From a virus (lineage: Duplodnaviria > Caudoviricetes), in the IMG/VR virus record IMGVR_UViG_3300038345_000144: DNA of 64,000 bases. One strand, written 5' to 3'. The first letter of the stretch is position 1. Every line of letters begins with the position of its first letter. Below the pieces are notes generated by a model, which saw only the letters and a list, made by a program, of their open reading frames with translations, made no database searches and had not been told where the DNA came from. Shown in pieces: positions 8,811-18,751 of the stretch. A program made the translations under genes and the position numbers.

Positions 8811-9131
8811 TTATTCTCCTTTAGGAACATAAGCGTCTAATACCAAACAGAAAGATACATTGATGGCAACGCTCTCTTCATCGCAGTCATTGGCGGGTTC
8901 AAATCTAATAATATGATTTACACCATACTTAACAAACTGCTCTTCATTGAATTCCATATGGTCAATTTCTCGACCTGCAAGTTCAGAGATTTCATCTAAA
9001 ATCTCGCCATAAGTATCATCATCCATATTTGTATAAATAATATGTAAAATCTCCTCGTCGGTATAACCCCTTCTGAACGCCCACTCACAATCAATCCAGC
9101 ATTTTACTGTGTAAGTCTGACTAACTACCAT
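8811..9131 (-). CDS. hypothetical protein, paralogue of 24815
   Basis: W.DCE..F...Y.D..IL..I..NM.DDTY..I shared. Confidence 0.8.
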   Translation of the reverse strand: MVVSQTYTVKCWIDCEWAFRRGYTDEEILHIIYTNMDDDTYGEILDEISELAGREIDHMEFNEEQFVKYGVNHIIRFEPANDCDEESVAINVSFCLVLDAYVPKGE

Positions 9132-9159
9132 AATTTGTTCTCCTTTACTGTGAATTTAT

Positions 9160-9182
9160 ATTACATTTTCATTACAATTACA
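9160..9182 (-). promoter_or_regulatory. TGTAAT-N5-TGTAAT box
   Basis: plus strand attaca-ttttc-attaca-attaca between stop and SD. Confidence 0.7.
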
Positions 9183-9579
9183 CATTATCTTGTCTTAATT
9201 TTGTAATAAAGAGCCTGTCAAATGCTTTTTTATTAGTAATCTGTAAGGTCTCATCAACACTAATCGGAATTTTAGCACCTTCCAGTGCCTCAATAATTTC
9301 CATTGTCTTTTCCAAAATATATTCTTCAACCTTAACTGCCATACCAAGTCTTGAGGTATCAGTTTCACTAACGGTTGTGGCTCTGAAAGAATAGACACCG
9401 CCGACAAAACTACCGTAATAAATATGTACGGTTACTTTACCATTAGTGCCTGTGTCAATTTCCTTGTCCAAGTCCTTAATATCTTTCAAAGCAGTCTCAA
9501 ATCTTGATAAAAACAGGCTGTTTAGAACATAATTTTCAGGCAAATTAGTAATCAAATTGATATTGTAATATGACAGCAT
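9178..9579 (-). CDS. hypothetical protein, paralogue of 8359
   Basis: motifs shared with 8359. Confidence 0.75.
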   Translation of the reverse strand: MLSYYNINLITNLPENYVLNSLFLSRFETALKDIKDLDKEIDTGTNGKVTVHIYYGSFVGGVYSFRATTVSETDTSRLGMAVKVEEYILEKTMEIIEALEGAKIPISVDETLQITNKKAFDRLFITKLRQDNV

Positions 9580-9581
9580 AT

Positions 9582-10055
9582 TTATTCTCCTCTGGATAAA
9601 TATTCTTCAACTGACGCTTCTGTTTCATCATCATTGAGTTCGGCATCAAAAGTAACATATTCTAAATCTAATGTCTTTTGTCCTATGGCAATAGCCACGA
9701 AGAATTTATTATTCTTAAAAACCACATCGGCTATTGGAACCTTAACATCTTTAATAGAACACTCTCTAATATCGGTAAGAATGGGTCCGTTACCAAGTGC
9801 CTTTACTGCCTCTAACAAGGTTGATTTATCAATTGTTTCAGGAATAACAGCGACAGTCATTCTAACAGGGGATGTCCACGCCTGACTGAACTTCAGGGTA
9901 TTTCCCTTATATGTATATGTCTTGTTTTCCAAGTCCATATTGATAATTTCATCGCAAGTATCAGCAAAATCATTTATGCTGTCGGCATCTACAAACTGAT
10001 TGAAAAATTCAGGATTAACGGAATATTCAATCTCGAAAAAATTATTCAAATCCAT
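9582..10055 (-). CDS. hypothetical protein
   Basis: 157-aa ORF with SD. Confidence 0.75.
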   Translation of the reverse strand: MDLNNFFEIEYSVNPEFFNQFVDADSINDFADTCDEIINMDLENKTYTYKGNTLKFSQAWTSPVRMTVAVIPETIDKSTLLEAVKALGNGPILTDIRECSIKDVKVPIADVVFKNNKFFVAIAIGQKTLDLEYVTFDAELNDDETEASVEEYLSRGE

Positions 10056-10058
10056 AAT

Positions 10059-10376
10059 TTATCTCCTTCTATACAGTATCTCCTGCGGAAATTGTCCTTC
10101 AACTAATTCAAATACCAACTGACTTCCAGCCTCAATATCTTTCTGGGTTACTTTGAGATTATTTTCTTTTACCCATTTCTGGACCAGGTTGATAATATCC
10201 TGTTTAGTAAAGGCATTTTCTCGCTTTACAGCCCCATCTTCGTATGCAGTTTCAGGAATATAAATGATGATGTCATCTGGAGAATTCTCCCAGTCCAGCA
10301 GTTTATATCCCAAACTATCATTAGATTTGGGCATATTTTTGAGCCTGTTATGCTCATTAAATTCTTCTATTGTCAT
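10059..10376 (-). CDS. hypothetical protein, paralogue of 21687
   Basis: MPK...DW...IIYIPE..YE...VKRENAF.KQD shared. Confidence 0.8.
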   Translation of the reverse strand: MTIEEFNEHNRLKNMPKSNDSLGYKLLDWENSPDDIIIYIPETAYEDGAVKRENAFTKQDIINLVQKWVKENNLKVTQKDIEAGSQLVFELVEGQFPQEILYRRR

Positions 10377-10423
10377 AAAATTCCTCTCAACTAACTATTA
10401 ACTTCCTTATATATAAATAGCCC

Positions 10424-10873
10424 TTAATAGTCGTCCACATTGATTTCTGCGTCATCAGGGAGCGTCGGAGGATTTACCTGAATAGACAATGCCTCAAGAC
10501 CCAACTTCTTGATAACCTCTCCTGCTATATTGAGGTCTTCAGGGAGGCAGTCACTACCATCATCTTTAATATTGACCACGCCGCCGAAACGGGGTTCATT
10601 TTCATCATAATCTACGGTTCCTCTAACATAGAGATTACGAACCTTAATTACGCCCTTATATTCTGTTTCAGGGACCAGGTTCCCCTCATCGTCCCAGTTA
10701 TTGTACTCAAAATCCCACTGGTCATAGCCATCATAGTCGTCTAATCCCAGTTCGAGGATATTTTCTACAATGTCATTTACCAGCATATAAGCATCGCTTA
10801 ATTCCTGCTTAACCTTAAATACAATTTTGAAAATCTGTTCGCCTTCGTGTGATGTGAAATTTCTGTAATACAT
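10424..10873 (-). CDS. acidic hypothetical protein (793 family)
   Basis: ORF with SD. Confidence 0.75.
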   Translation of the reverse strand: MYYRNFTSHEGEQIFKIVFKVKQELSDAYMLVNDIVENILELGLDDYDGYDQWDFEYNNWDDEGNLVPETEYKGVIKVRNLYVRGTVDYDENEPRFGGVVNIKDDGSDCLPEDLNIAGEVIKKLGLEALSIQVNPPTLPDDAEINVDDY

Positions 10874-10885
10874 AGTATTCTCCCC

Positions 10886-11080
10886 TTATATTTGTTCAAT
10901 ATATAATTTATGAGTGTCAGAGTCACTATAACAGTCGGCTTTGACCTCTCTAAATCGTATGTTTATATTTACAATATTCTTTGACATACAAATATTTGCG
11001 TCATCAGGTATTTCGGCTAAAAACCTTTTAAGGTCTCCAACCGTAGTATCATCTTTGATATTAAAGACGGGTTGTTTCAT
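10886..11080 (-). CDS. small hypothetical protein, paralogue of 55509
   Basis: TV..LK..LA..PDDA shared. Confidence 0.75.
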   Translation of the reverse strand: MKQPVFNIKDDTTVGDLKRFLAEIPDDANICMSKNIVNINIRFREVKADCYSDSDTHKLYIEQI

Positions 11081-11098
11081 ATAATTCTCCTATAATTT

Positions 11099-11115
11099 AT
11101 TACAATTTAATGACA
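11099..11115 (-). promoter_or_regulatory. TGTCAT-N5-TGTAAT box
   Basis: plus strand attaca-attta-atgaca. Confidence 0.65.
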
Positions 11116-11118
11116 TTT

Positions 11119-11280
11119 TTAATCAAAACTGCTATCCCTTTTATCAGGGTCAAGAAAAACAGGAGTTCCATCTTCGCTAATAAGAATAGAATTTCCCTTA
11201 TTGTCTGAAATTATAGAACCCCTTTTGGCTTTTGCTACTTTCTCGTCAATATTAGCAGTTGGCTCTTTTTTCTGACACAT
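11119..11280 (-). CDS. small hypothetical protein (53 aa, not in ORF track)
   Basis: AGGAGG SD, MCQKKEPTANIDEK...DSSFD*. Confidence 0.6.
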   Translation of the reverse strand: MCQKKEPTANIDEKVAKAKRGSIISDNKGNSILISEDGTPVFLDPDKRDSSFD

Positions 11281-11328
11281 AATTATCGCCTCCTTCTAAT
11301 ATGAATATACTCTTTTATTTTCTATTTG

Positions 11329-11691
11329 TCAAAATTTGGTAATGTACTCCTCTGCCAATTTGACTAAATCAATCTTAATAGGAATTTTATAGCGTAGAGT
11401 ACCACCAGTATCACCAATATATTCCAGTCCGTCTGTACGGTATGCTAACCAGTTCGAACTATTGATTATCCAAGATGACTGGGGGAATACATCTTCAATT
11501 ACATTTTTATACTTCTCGACTATCCCTTCTTCTTCAGCAGATAGGGTGCTGTTCTCGATAATATTCATCCAACCTGCCTCTGTCATCACATTACTCAACT
11601 GGTCATAAATCTCTGTATATAGGTCTTGAGCGTGTCCAAACACCTCGGTAGGCACAACATATAGTGTTAAGTCGTATAACATCTCCGTCAT
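11329..11691 (-). CDS. hypothetical protein
   Basis: 120-aa ORF with SD. Confidence 0.75.
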   Translation of the reverse strand: MTEMLYDLTLYVVPTEVFGHAQDLYTEIYDQLSNVMTEAGWMNIIENSTLSAEEEGIVEKYKNVIEDVFPQSSWIINSSNWLAYRTDGLEYIGDTGGTLRYKIPIKIDLVKLAEEYITKF

Positions 11692-11695
11692 CTCC

Positions 11696-12154
11696 TTATG
11701 TTAAATTTTCCAGCCAACAGCCCGTTAAAGTCGTTTCATACATACAGTCAGCCCTTACTTTAATGGCATCGGTCTTTTCAAAAGTATAGCCCTCTTCGAT
11801 GAGTTTCTGGGTAAACAGGTCCAGTATCTCTCGACAGACTGCTTCTTTCTTCTCCTGTGGGCTATTTTCCCACTTTGGTATAGATACAAATAAATTCTCT
11901 GTGGCTACTTGTTTTGCTAATGTCATATCTTTGTAATATTGTATTACGGCTCTGATACGACCAAACTGGGGCTGATAATATAAAACCACCTGAATATTTT
12001 TTGATTTAGGGGCTACCCAAGAGAAATTATTTGCAAAATTCTTTTCAACTATGTCTCTCTCCAACAACTGCTTATGCGTAATTTGCCCCTGCATAAATGG
12101 AACTAATTGTTCAATTTCAATGGTTGGAGCCTTATTTATTGTAGGATTATTCAT
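11696..12154 (-). CDS. hypothetical protein (distantly like 22095)
   Basis: 152-aa ORF, GGAGG SD. Confidence 0.75.
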   Translation of the reverse strand: MNNPTINKAPTIEIEQLVPFMQGQITHKQLLERDIVEKNFANNFSWVAPKSKNIQVVLYYQPQFGRIRAVIQYYKDMTLAKQVATENLFVSIPKWENSPQEKKEAVCREILDLFTQKLIEEGYTFEKTDAIKVRADCMYETTLTGCWLENLT

Positions 12155-12177
12155 AGTAATTTACCTCCTAAAATATA

Positions 12178-12402
12178 TTAAATATATATGGTATCACTCA
12201 AATAATGGAAAACGATGTCCTGGTCCTCATATTTACTCTGGAAAAAATCAAGTAAATCCTCTTCCTTATCGCCTGCTTCCCATTCTTCTCTGGCTTTTTT
12301 GAACATTCCCTCAATGTCAAGGGTATAATCTGCCTCAATTACGCCAATAATCTCCTGATTTTCTCCGTCAAAAACGGCGGTAAAATTATGTAAACTGCTC
12401 AT
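12178..12402 (-). CDS. hypothetical protein
   Basis: 74-aa ORF with SD. Confidence 0.7.
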   Translation of the reverse strand: MSSLHNFTAVFDGENQEIIGVIEADYTLDIEGMFKKAREEWEAGDKEEDLLDFFQSKYEDQDIVFHYLSDTIYI

Positions 12403-12405
12403 ATA

Positions 12406-12846
12406 TTATTCTCCTGTCGATTTACGGAAAGTTGCTAAATAGTCCTCACAATCATATAGTAATTCGTCATTGGTTTCGCCACCACACTCAATTACATCAG
12501 AACTACCTGTCCACTCGCCAATTTCTCCGTCTTCGGTCACATACCAAACAAAGATTTCAAACCAATTATTATTGCTGACATACAAGCCCTCATCTGCATC
12601 ACCACTATACCAATTATTAGGGTCTCCAAGAAGTTCTAATAACTCTTTAGGCATATCACTTGCTTGTCTGTAATTTTTGCCATTGTAATCTACTTCTACT
12701 TCGCCTCTAACCTCAATAGTTACAGCAAATTTATTATCAGCACTATAATAAGCACAAATCTCGGTATTACTGTCCAACTGCATAGCATCTTTGATTTGTG
12801 TTAAATCTTCATACACATCAAAAGTTGCACCATTTTTTGTAATCAT
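12406..12846 (-). CDS. acidic hypothetical protein
   Basis: start moved to MITKN after AGGAGG. Confidence 0.75.
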   Translation of the reverse strand: MITKNGATFDVYEDLTQIKDAMQLDSNTEICAYYSADNKFAVTIEVRGEVEVDYNGKNYRQASDMPKELLELLGDPNNWYSGDADEGLYVSNNNWFEIFVWYVTEDGEIGEWTGSSDVIECGGETNDELLYDCEDYLATFRKSTGE

Positions 12847-12848
12847 AC

Positions 12849-13196
12849 TTAATCGTCCTCCTTTAAGATATAACAATAATCGACTTCCCAGATATGGTCA
12901 TAATCAATATAATCATCAAGTCTGGGCGTATCACTATTATCCTCTGGGTTGACTAAATTATAAGACCAAATGGACGCACCAATCATACCATCAAGAAAAG
13001 CCTTATTGTTGTTGGTAAATACATAACTTCTCTCTTGTTCTGTATAATCATTACGGTTAAAGCCCTTATTCTTCATAACAGCAACTATCTGGCACTCTGG
13101 GTCGCCTTTAGTTGGGGTATTACCGTGCCTAAATCCGTGTTTTCTGTTAAAATCCACCATATATTTCTTGGCTTCTTCCCAAGTATATCTCTGCAT
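12849..13196 (-). CDS. hypothetical protein
   Basis: 115-aa ORF, GGAGG SD. Confidence 0.75.
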   Translation of the reverse strand: MQRYTWEEAKKYMVDFNRKHGFRHGNTPTKGDPECQIVAVMKNKGFNRNDYTEQERSYVFTNNNKAFLDGMIGASIWSYNLVNPEDNSDTPRLDDYIDYDHIWEVDYCYILKEDD

Positions 13197-13212
13197 AAAT
13201 TAACCTCCAATA

Positions 13213-13608
13213 TTAGCCTGTAAATTCATAGATGAATGACTTTAAGCCCATATCTTTGAGAGTCTGGCTATTGTCAATAACCTTTTTAATTTCATCAAGA
13301 AGATACCTCTCCTGGTCAGTACGGCTCTCACCAAGAACATTGGTATAGCACATAACGGACCCGTTACTGTCGTGGTGATAATCCCCGTCAAGTCTTAACT
13401 CAAACTCCAAGTCCGAGTATTTAGGACGGAAAGAGTGTTCTTCCTTCTTACATAGTTCCTTTAATCGTTTATTGACAATTTTAGTCATTTGCTTAACTAA
13501 TTCATCAACTTGAGCCTTATCAAATGTCCTGTTTCGAGAAGTGATAATTGATAAGTCCAAGTCCATAAATGTAGTCTGATAATCCACAACCCAATGCTTA
13601 TTTTCCAT
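13213..13608 (-). CDS. hypothetical protein
   Basis: 131-aa ORF with SD. Confidence 0.75.
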   Translation of the reverse strand: MENKHWVVDYQTTFMDLDLSIITSRNRTFDKAQVDELVKQMTKIVNKRLKELCKKEEHSFRPKYSDLEFELRLDGDYHHDSNGSVMCYTNVLGESRTDQERYLLDEIKKVIDNSQTLKDMGLKSFIYEFTG

Positions 13609-13628
13609 TATAAATTCTCCTCTTTTTT

Positions 13629-13656
13629 ATTACATTTTGATGACATTTAGATTACA
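13629..13656 (-). promoter_or_regulatory. triple TGT(A/C)AT box, 11-bp period
   Basis: attaca-ttttg-atgaca-tttag-attaca. Confidence 0.75.
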
Positions 13657-14104
13657 ACCATCTTGACGGAGTAGTAAACACAGCAAGAACTCTAAAATTA
13701 GGTGCAATTTTTACCTTTCCCTGTATTTTTGTTACTCCCCAATCTTGTAGGTCAGTTTCATCTTCTTTAGTAATAGTTTCAATAAAATCTAACACTTTAT
13801 CGCTAAAATAATCACATTCCTCAAAAAGAACAGTATTACCATTAGCCATAGCCTGTACTAATGAACTCTCTCTAAATACAGGTTTTCCATCTTCAAAGGC
13901 AAAGTCTTCAAGTATCTCTGATAAAGTGGTCACATCACGACCATTAAAAATGCGGGGAAGAGAATATTTTGCAGTAACTTCATTTACCTTACCACTACCC
14001 GCAGGACCACCGCTAACCCATAATTTATTATTGATTTTCTCGGTATGGTTTTGGTCGTCATTGATTTTGTTAATCTCTATCATTGTGTCTTTAATAATTC
14101 CCAT
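13652..14104 (-). CDS. truncated MoxR/dynein-related AAA-like domain protein
   Basis: GPAGSGK; F.ES.LV.AM..G..VLFEE; PNFRVLA. Confidence 0.6.
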   Translation of the reverse strand: MGIIKDTMIEINKINDDQNHTEKINNKLWVSGGPAGSGKVNEVTAKYSLPRIFNGRDVTTLSEILEDFAFEDGKPVFRESSLVQAMANGNTVLFEECDYFSDKVLDFIETITKEDETDLQDWGVTKIQGKVKIAPNFRVLAVFTTPSRWL

Positions 14105-14120
14105 AATTATTCTCCTTTAT

Positions 14121-14137
14121 ATTACATTTGTATTACA
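14121..14137 (-). promoter_or_regulatory. TGTAAT-N5-TGTAAT box
   Basis: attaca-tttgt-attaca. Confidence 0.75.
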
Positions 14138-14500
14138 TTATATAGGGTAAAAACTCAATGTCACCCTTATTGTAATTTCTTCTCCAGTTGACACCTTAAC
14201 GATGCCTTTTCCAACAGTTTCCGATAATTGTTTTGGGTTATCTCCTATCCAATTATTTATATCCACCGTTTGTAGTTTTTCTATAACTTCGGATATAGGC
14301 AATTCCTGATTATTGGGGTGATTTAACTTATAATAATCAGCAATACCCTTAAAATCTTGTATTGTATTTGGATATAGTCCCCAGTTCAATATTGGCACAT
14401 TAGCAAAAGATAAGGTAGCCCTGACTTTGCATTTCACATCAAATGGAGCCAACGCCATATCAATTGTGGTTCTTTGGTCTAATATTTCCTGAATTGTCAT
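14138..14500 (-). CDS. hypothetical protein
   Basis: start at MTIQE after GAGGAG. Confidence 0.7.
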   Translation of the reverse strand: MTIQEILDQRTTIDMALAPFDVKCKVRATLSFANVPILNWGLYPNTIQDFKGIADYYKLNHPNNQELPISEVIEKLQTVDINNWIGDNPKQLSETVGKGIVKVSTGEEITIRVTLSFYPI

Positions 14501-14501
14501 A

Positions 14502-14726
14502 TTACTCCTCTTCCATACCAAAATACACTTGTCTTAAATGATTAAGTTTGTTTTGGCAGTTTTTGATTTTCTGAAGTAACTCATTTACCGTAGCGGTGGG
14601 TAATAAAGCAGATTGTTTACTACCATACGGGTAATCTTTCATAAGTTGTTTTATTTGACCATTGAGGTCTTCTAATTCCTGCTCTTTTTGGTCAATCGCT
14701 CTTTTGATTTCTTCTCTACTTTTCAT
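14502..14726 (-). CDS. small coiled-coil hypothetical protein
   Basis: start at MKSRE after GAGG. Confidence 0.65.
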   Translation of the reverse strand: MKSREEIKRAIDQKEQELEDLNGQIKQLMKDYPYGSKQSALLPTATVNELLQKIKNCQNKLNHLRQVYFGMEEE

Positions 14727-14733
14727 AAGCACC

Positions 14734-15426
14734 TCAACAACAGTCCCAATTATAAAGAATGTCGGAAAAGTCCAGATTTGCCAGTTTCTCACTATTGATG
14801 AAGAAATTAGCCACGCCACTATCTCCCCACATCAAATACTTATTAGTATCTAACTGGAACAGCAAGCGGTCATATTTCTGGCTCACACCATTATCTCTGG
14901 GGTCATACTGGGTAAAATAGGGATAGCCAAGCAGTTTGCAACCACTACCGTCAAATGCCTCCCAAATCTCGTCCACCATATCATCATCATAGTCTTCAAA
15001 GCGATAATCGGCGGCGGTCATATATTCCTCTGATAATGCAAAGGTCATACCAATATTTTCCTGATATAACGGTGTATTTTCAGCAGGATGATATACAGAA
15101 TATCCGTCGTCCTCAATATTTTCGTGGTAAACTACTTCAAAGCCCTTACAGTCAGCAAATAATCCATAACAGTCGTCATCCAGTACAAAGAATTGCAAAA
15201 GTCCTGTCTTTGGAAAAATATCATTAGCAGGCAGTTCGGAGAAGTTAATCTGGGCTAAAAATACAAATCCCTCAAGCCCTTTTTCGTCTTTCCAGTAGTA
15301 ATTTCCACCTATTTTACTATTTTTATAACCTACTTCTTCTCCTGTAAAGTCAATTCTAAATACAGGCAGTTTCGGCAACTTCGCTTTTAATTCATCTACG
15401 GTCATTTTTTGTAACTCCTTATTCAA
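14734..15426 (-). CDS. YwqG/DUF1963-family protein
   Basis: SKIGG..Y; FLAQINFSELP; GLLQFF; KLLGYPYFTQ.DPR; LLFQLD; MWGDSGVANFFI...L...DFS..LYNWDC. Confidence 0.85.
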   Translation of the reverse strand: MNKELQKMTVDELKAKLPKLPVFRIDFTGEEVGYKNSKIGGNYYWKDEKGLEGFVFLAQINFSELPANDIFPKTGLLQFFVLDDDCYGLFADCKGFEVVYHENIEDDGYSVYHPAENTPLYQENIGMTFALSEEYMTAADYRFEDYDDDMVDEIWEAFDGSGCKLLGYPYFTQYDPRDNGVSQKYDRLLFQLDTNKYLMWGDSGVANFFINSEKLANLDFSDILYNWDCC

Positions 15427-15472
15427 GTTTTAGGAATTATATTTTACCAAATTTCTCTGGCAGAAGTCAATA

Positions 15473-16135
15473 TTAAATTCCTCTAACTTTAATTGCAGTA
15501 AGTACCATTTCGACCTTACCAACTGCATTATTGATAATATCCGTACCAGTAGCGATAGGGTTCTGGGAAATAAGCATTAACTGGTGATTGAGTGCCTCAA
15601 AAATTGAAGCAACAAGGTCAATCTCATCAGCCCTGCTTAACATCAGATATAAGTCCTTTTCATTCTCTTTAACCATATATACGGGCTTCATAAATACATT
15701 AGCATAATCACTGCCCTCGCTTAATACCTTTAATTCAACTCCCTCATCTTTGAGAGATACAGAAATGTCCAGTCTGGTTACAATGCTGTTATCGGCATTT
15801 TCCTCTTTGGTCTTTCTCATCTGGTTAATGGTTAAGTCATCAGAAATGTGGGACTTAAAAAATGCGACAACTTCTTTCTTAAAGGCAGAATAATCCATTA
15901 TGTTCTCTTTGCAGGCAGTTAATGTCAGCCCGTAAAGATTAAATAACGGGGTTTCCATAGATTTACTGCCTAAAATTGGCTGGATTTTCTCAACAAACTT
16001 TCCCTTGCCTGCCTCATCTAAAGTCAGAACACGGTTATGCTTGAAATCCTCTTTAGCAATAAATTCGATGTCGTCAAGCATCTTGGCATAATTTTCCATC
16101 AACTCTTTTTTATACTGCTCAATATTTACAGCCAT
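15473..16135 (-). CDS. hypothetical protein
   Basis: 220-aa ORF. Confidence 0.75.
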   Translation of the reverse strand: MAVNIEQYKKELMENYAKMLDDIEFIAKEDFKHNRVLTLDEAGKGKFVEKIQPILGSKSMETPLFNLYGLTLTACKENIMDYSAFKKEVVAFFKSHISDDLTINQMRKTKEENADNSIVTRLDISVSLKDEGVELKVLSEGSDYANVFMKPVYMVKENEKDLYLMLSRADEIDLVASIFEALNHQLMLISQNPIATGTDIINNAVGKVEMVLTAIKVRGI

Positions 16136-16138
16136 AAT

Positions 16139-16426
16139 TTAGTCCTCCAATTTTCTAATATAATGGTGATTTGAAGAATAACTATCTTCTATTGCATAAC
16201 CCATAACATCAAAATCTTTATCCAGCGTAATTTTTCTTGTTTCTTCTACTTTTTCAAATCCTTGTTTCTCAAGTAGTTGGTCTAAATATTGATGGTGGTC
16301 AGGAGACCCTGTTATACCTGACACTACTAAAGTTTGATTATCTATTGTATAGATATTACCAAAACTAAAGTGCATATCATCACGCACATACCTTATAAGT
16401 TTATCAACATCTGTTTGGGTAATCAC
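16139..16426 (-). CDS. hypothetical protein
   Basis: GTG start after AGGAG. Confidence 0.7.
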   Translation of the reverse strand: MITQTDVDKLIRYVRDDMHFSFGNIYTIDNQTLVVSGITGSPDHHQYLDQLLEKQGFEKVEETRKITLDKDFDVMGYAIEDSYSSNHHYIRKLED

Positions 16427-16438
16427 GGTTTATTCTCC

Positions 16439-16975
16439 TTACTTAATCTGAAATTTTGGATTAACTGCGGTCCAGATGTCAATTCCTGTCTGGGCTACAC
16501 CCTTTTTCCATTCCTCTGCAAAAATACCCAACTGCTCGGCTTCTTTTATCATATCCTGCTCGTTGCTTGCTGTTTGGCTCCAGTAATGACATCTCATCGG
16601 GTCTAATGTAACCTGCCATAAGCCTAAATTCGAGTTATAGAATATGTCAGCCCCAGTAACCTTCTGTCCATCATAGTTCAGGAAGATATGGTTTTGGTTA
16701 ATAAATGCAATTACTTGCCTCTTTAATTCTTCGAGTTCTTCACCAACAAGGGTACGACTACCGCCTCCCCAGTGAAAACTGAATGAATGTCCATCAGCGT
16801 AAATAACCTTACATAAATGAGACTCACCACGGGTTACGGTAATATACGCATAATCTTTTGAAACAAACGGGTATTGTGCTACTTTTAACGGGCTGTCTGC
16901 CAGCACTTTAATAATTACCTGATTATCGTCTATTTCCTCTATTGAAAAAATACCATCTAAATCATAGTTTTTCAT
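16439..16975 (-). CDS. hypothetical protein
   Basis: 178-aa ORF with SD. Confidence 0.75.
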   Translation of the reverse strand: MKNYDLDGIFSIEEIDDNQVIIKVLADSPLKVAQYPFVSKDYAYITVTRGESHLCKVIYADGHSFSFHWGGGSRTLVGEELEELKRQVIAFINQNHIFLNYDGQKVTGADIFYNSNLGLWQVTLDPMRCHYWSQTASNEQDMIKEAEQLGIFAEEWKKGVAQTGIDIWTAVNPKFQIK

Positions 16976-16994
16976 ATAAGTTCTCCTTATTTTT

Positions 16995-17011
16995 ATTACA
17001 TTTTTATTACA
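16995..17011 (-). promoter_or_regulatory. TGTAAT-N5-TGTAAT box
   Basis: attaca-ttttt-attaca. Confidence 0.75.
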
Positions 17012-17012
17012 T

Positions 17013-17921
17013 TTAGTCTACAAAACGCTGTGCAATACCATTATCAGCATCCAAGAAAATATCCATCATTAAATCTACCGTGGAATTTTCCGTCTGTAAA
17101 TTTAATTCATATTCAGCAGTCTGTAACGGGGATAAATCATCTTTAGTTAAGCCATACTGCTCCACAAATTCTGTAATAACATCGTAATAATGCTTGGCTG
17201 TTTCCCAGTCTTGCACTTTTAACAGACAATCTAAAGCAATAATGCTGAATACATAGGCTTCATATCCATCTGCGACTTGAGCCATTTTTTTACTGTATTC
17301 AAAGCACATAGCCAGCAGTTCCATATAGCCCTCGCTTTTATTGTCAAAGGCATATTTAGATACAATTTTCAGGGCGAATACTGCTAAATCATAATATCCG
17401 ACCACCATCATACAATTATAAAGTCCTGTCCATAATTGGATTATTGGGTCTTCATCAGCAGTTTCTCGTAAAAAATTCTGGTAAGTCTCTCCTGAAACAA
17501 ACTCACGCAGTTTAGTAATATCCTCATCACTTAATTCCAAATGGGTCCATAAAGTTACACACTTACAGTCAGGACACATTAACGGTAATTGAGGCTCATC
17601 TGAATTTATCTCCATAGTAAGCAATTCTTCGGGGCTTGTGATAGGAAAATCGTCCAGTTCCGACCAAGCCCTGTGTAACTGCTTACCACAACATATACAG
17701 GTTTTAGTGTAATCAGGGTGGGTTAAATCCCTATATGTAGTAATTTCAGTAACAGTTCCATCTTCCGATACTTCGGTACGGGTTTCTGCTACAATATTCT
17801 CATCATTCTCTTCGGAATAATCTCCTGACATAGAAAATACCATTGACCTATTGACCGTAGTTTTTTCCTGTTGTTCAGGTTTATTATCGTCAGAATTCTT
17901 CAAATTGAGTTTAATTTTCAT
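17013..17921 (-). CDS. Zn-ribbon plus helical-repeat protein (DUF2225-like), related to 29782
   Basis: CICC...CPDC followed by a helical region. Confidence 0.5.
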   Translation of the reverse strand: MKIKLNLKNSDDNKPEQQEKTTVNRSMVFSMSGDYSEENDENIVAETRTEVSEDGTVTEITTYRDLTHPDYTKTCICCGKQLHRAWSELDDFPITSPEELLTMEINSDEPQLPLMCPDCKCVTLWTHLELSDEDITKLREFVSGETYQNFLRETADEDPIIQLWTGLYNCMMVVGYYDLAVFALKIVSKYAFDNKSEGYMELLAMCFEYSKKMAQVADGYEAYVFSIIALDCLLKVQDWETAKHYYDVITEFVEQYGLTKDDLSPLQTAEYELNLQTENSTVDLMMDIFLDADNGIAQRFVD

Positions 17922-17940
17922 AGTAATTTACTCTCCTTTT

Positions 17941-17957
17941 ATTACAATTAGATTACT
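17941..17957 (-). promoter_or_regulatory. AGTAAT-N5-TGTAAT box
   Basis: attaca-attag-attact; same spacer as the 5818 copies. Confidence 0.65.
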
Positions 17958-18363
17958 TCCAAGTCATTTCACCAGTAAAACTGTTTGACATTTTTGCACC
18001 GTACTTTTTAGCAAAGGCAGTAAACGCCTTAATTTCTTCCATAGAAGTTCCAGTCGATGTCATCATTAGTCTGGTGGATTGAATTGCCCAAATATAAATT
18101 GTGAATTTATCAGTCATACCAATAAATACATAATTCTCTGTACCCCACTTTTTGACGAATTTCATCAGGGTATCAATAGTCGGAGCATCATAAGGTGTGG
18201 TGTCAGGCATTAGACTTAATAAGTCCTCATCACATAATTTCTTCAACTGCTTATATGTGAGATTATTAAAGTGTCTGTCGCCTCTGCTTTCACCTTTATA
18301 AATTTCAGCGTCAAAATCACCATAAATGATTTCATCTCTCTTCTGAAGGTCGTTAATATTCAT
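17953..18363 (-). CDS. hypothetical protein
   Basis: 136-aa ORF with SD. Confidence 0.75.
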   Translation of the reverse strand: MNINDLQKRDEIIYGDFDAEIYKGESRGDRHFNNLTYKQLKKLCDEDLLSLMPDTTPYDAPTIDTLMKFVKKWGTENYVFIGMTDKFTIYIWAIQSTRLMMTSTGTSMEEIKAFTAFAKKYGAKMSNSFTGEMTWK

Positions 18364-18375
18364 ATAAATACTCCT

Positions 18376-18741
18376 TTATTCTTGCTCGGCTCTTAATTTC
18401 TCTGCTATCATCTTTACCATCTGGAACTCAATAGAGCGTTCGCTGACGGTAAAAGATAAATCAACATAGCAGTTCTTAACTGCCTCCCAGCCGTCTTTCG
18501 GATAAGCAATAGAAGCCAGTATGTCATCGGCGGCATCAATTCCCAGCCATATCCAGTCGGGAAATTCTCTATCAACTCTGACATATCCTGCTGGTACTTC
18601 TATATTTATGTCGTCAAAAGTGATTTCTTTATGATTGGGTTCGTCGTTACCACAATCTGTCCACTTGACGATTATTTTATATTTCTCCAGTATGGGTTCA
18701 GCCTTCTTCGCTTCATCCTGTAATTTTGACCAGTCATCCAT
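18376..18741 (-). CDS. hypothetical protein
   Basis: 121-aa ORF with SD. Confidence 0.75.
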   Translation of the reverse strand: MDDWSKLQDEAKKAEPILEKYKIIVKWTDCGNDEPNHKEITFDDINIEVPAGYVRVDREFPDWIWLGIDAADDILASIAYPKDGWEAVKNCYVDLSFTVSERSIEFQMVKMIAEKLRAEQE

Positions 18742-18751
18742 AAAAAACTCC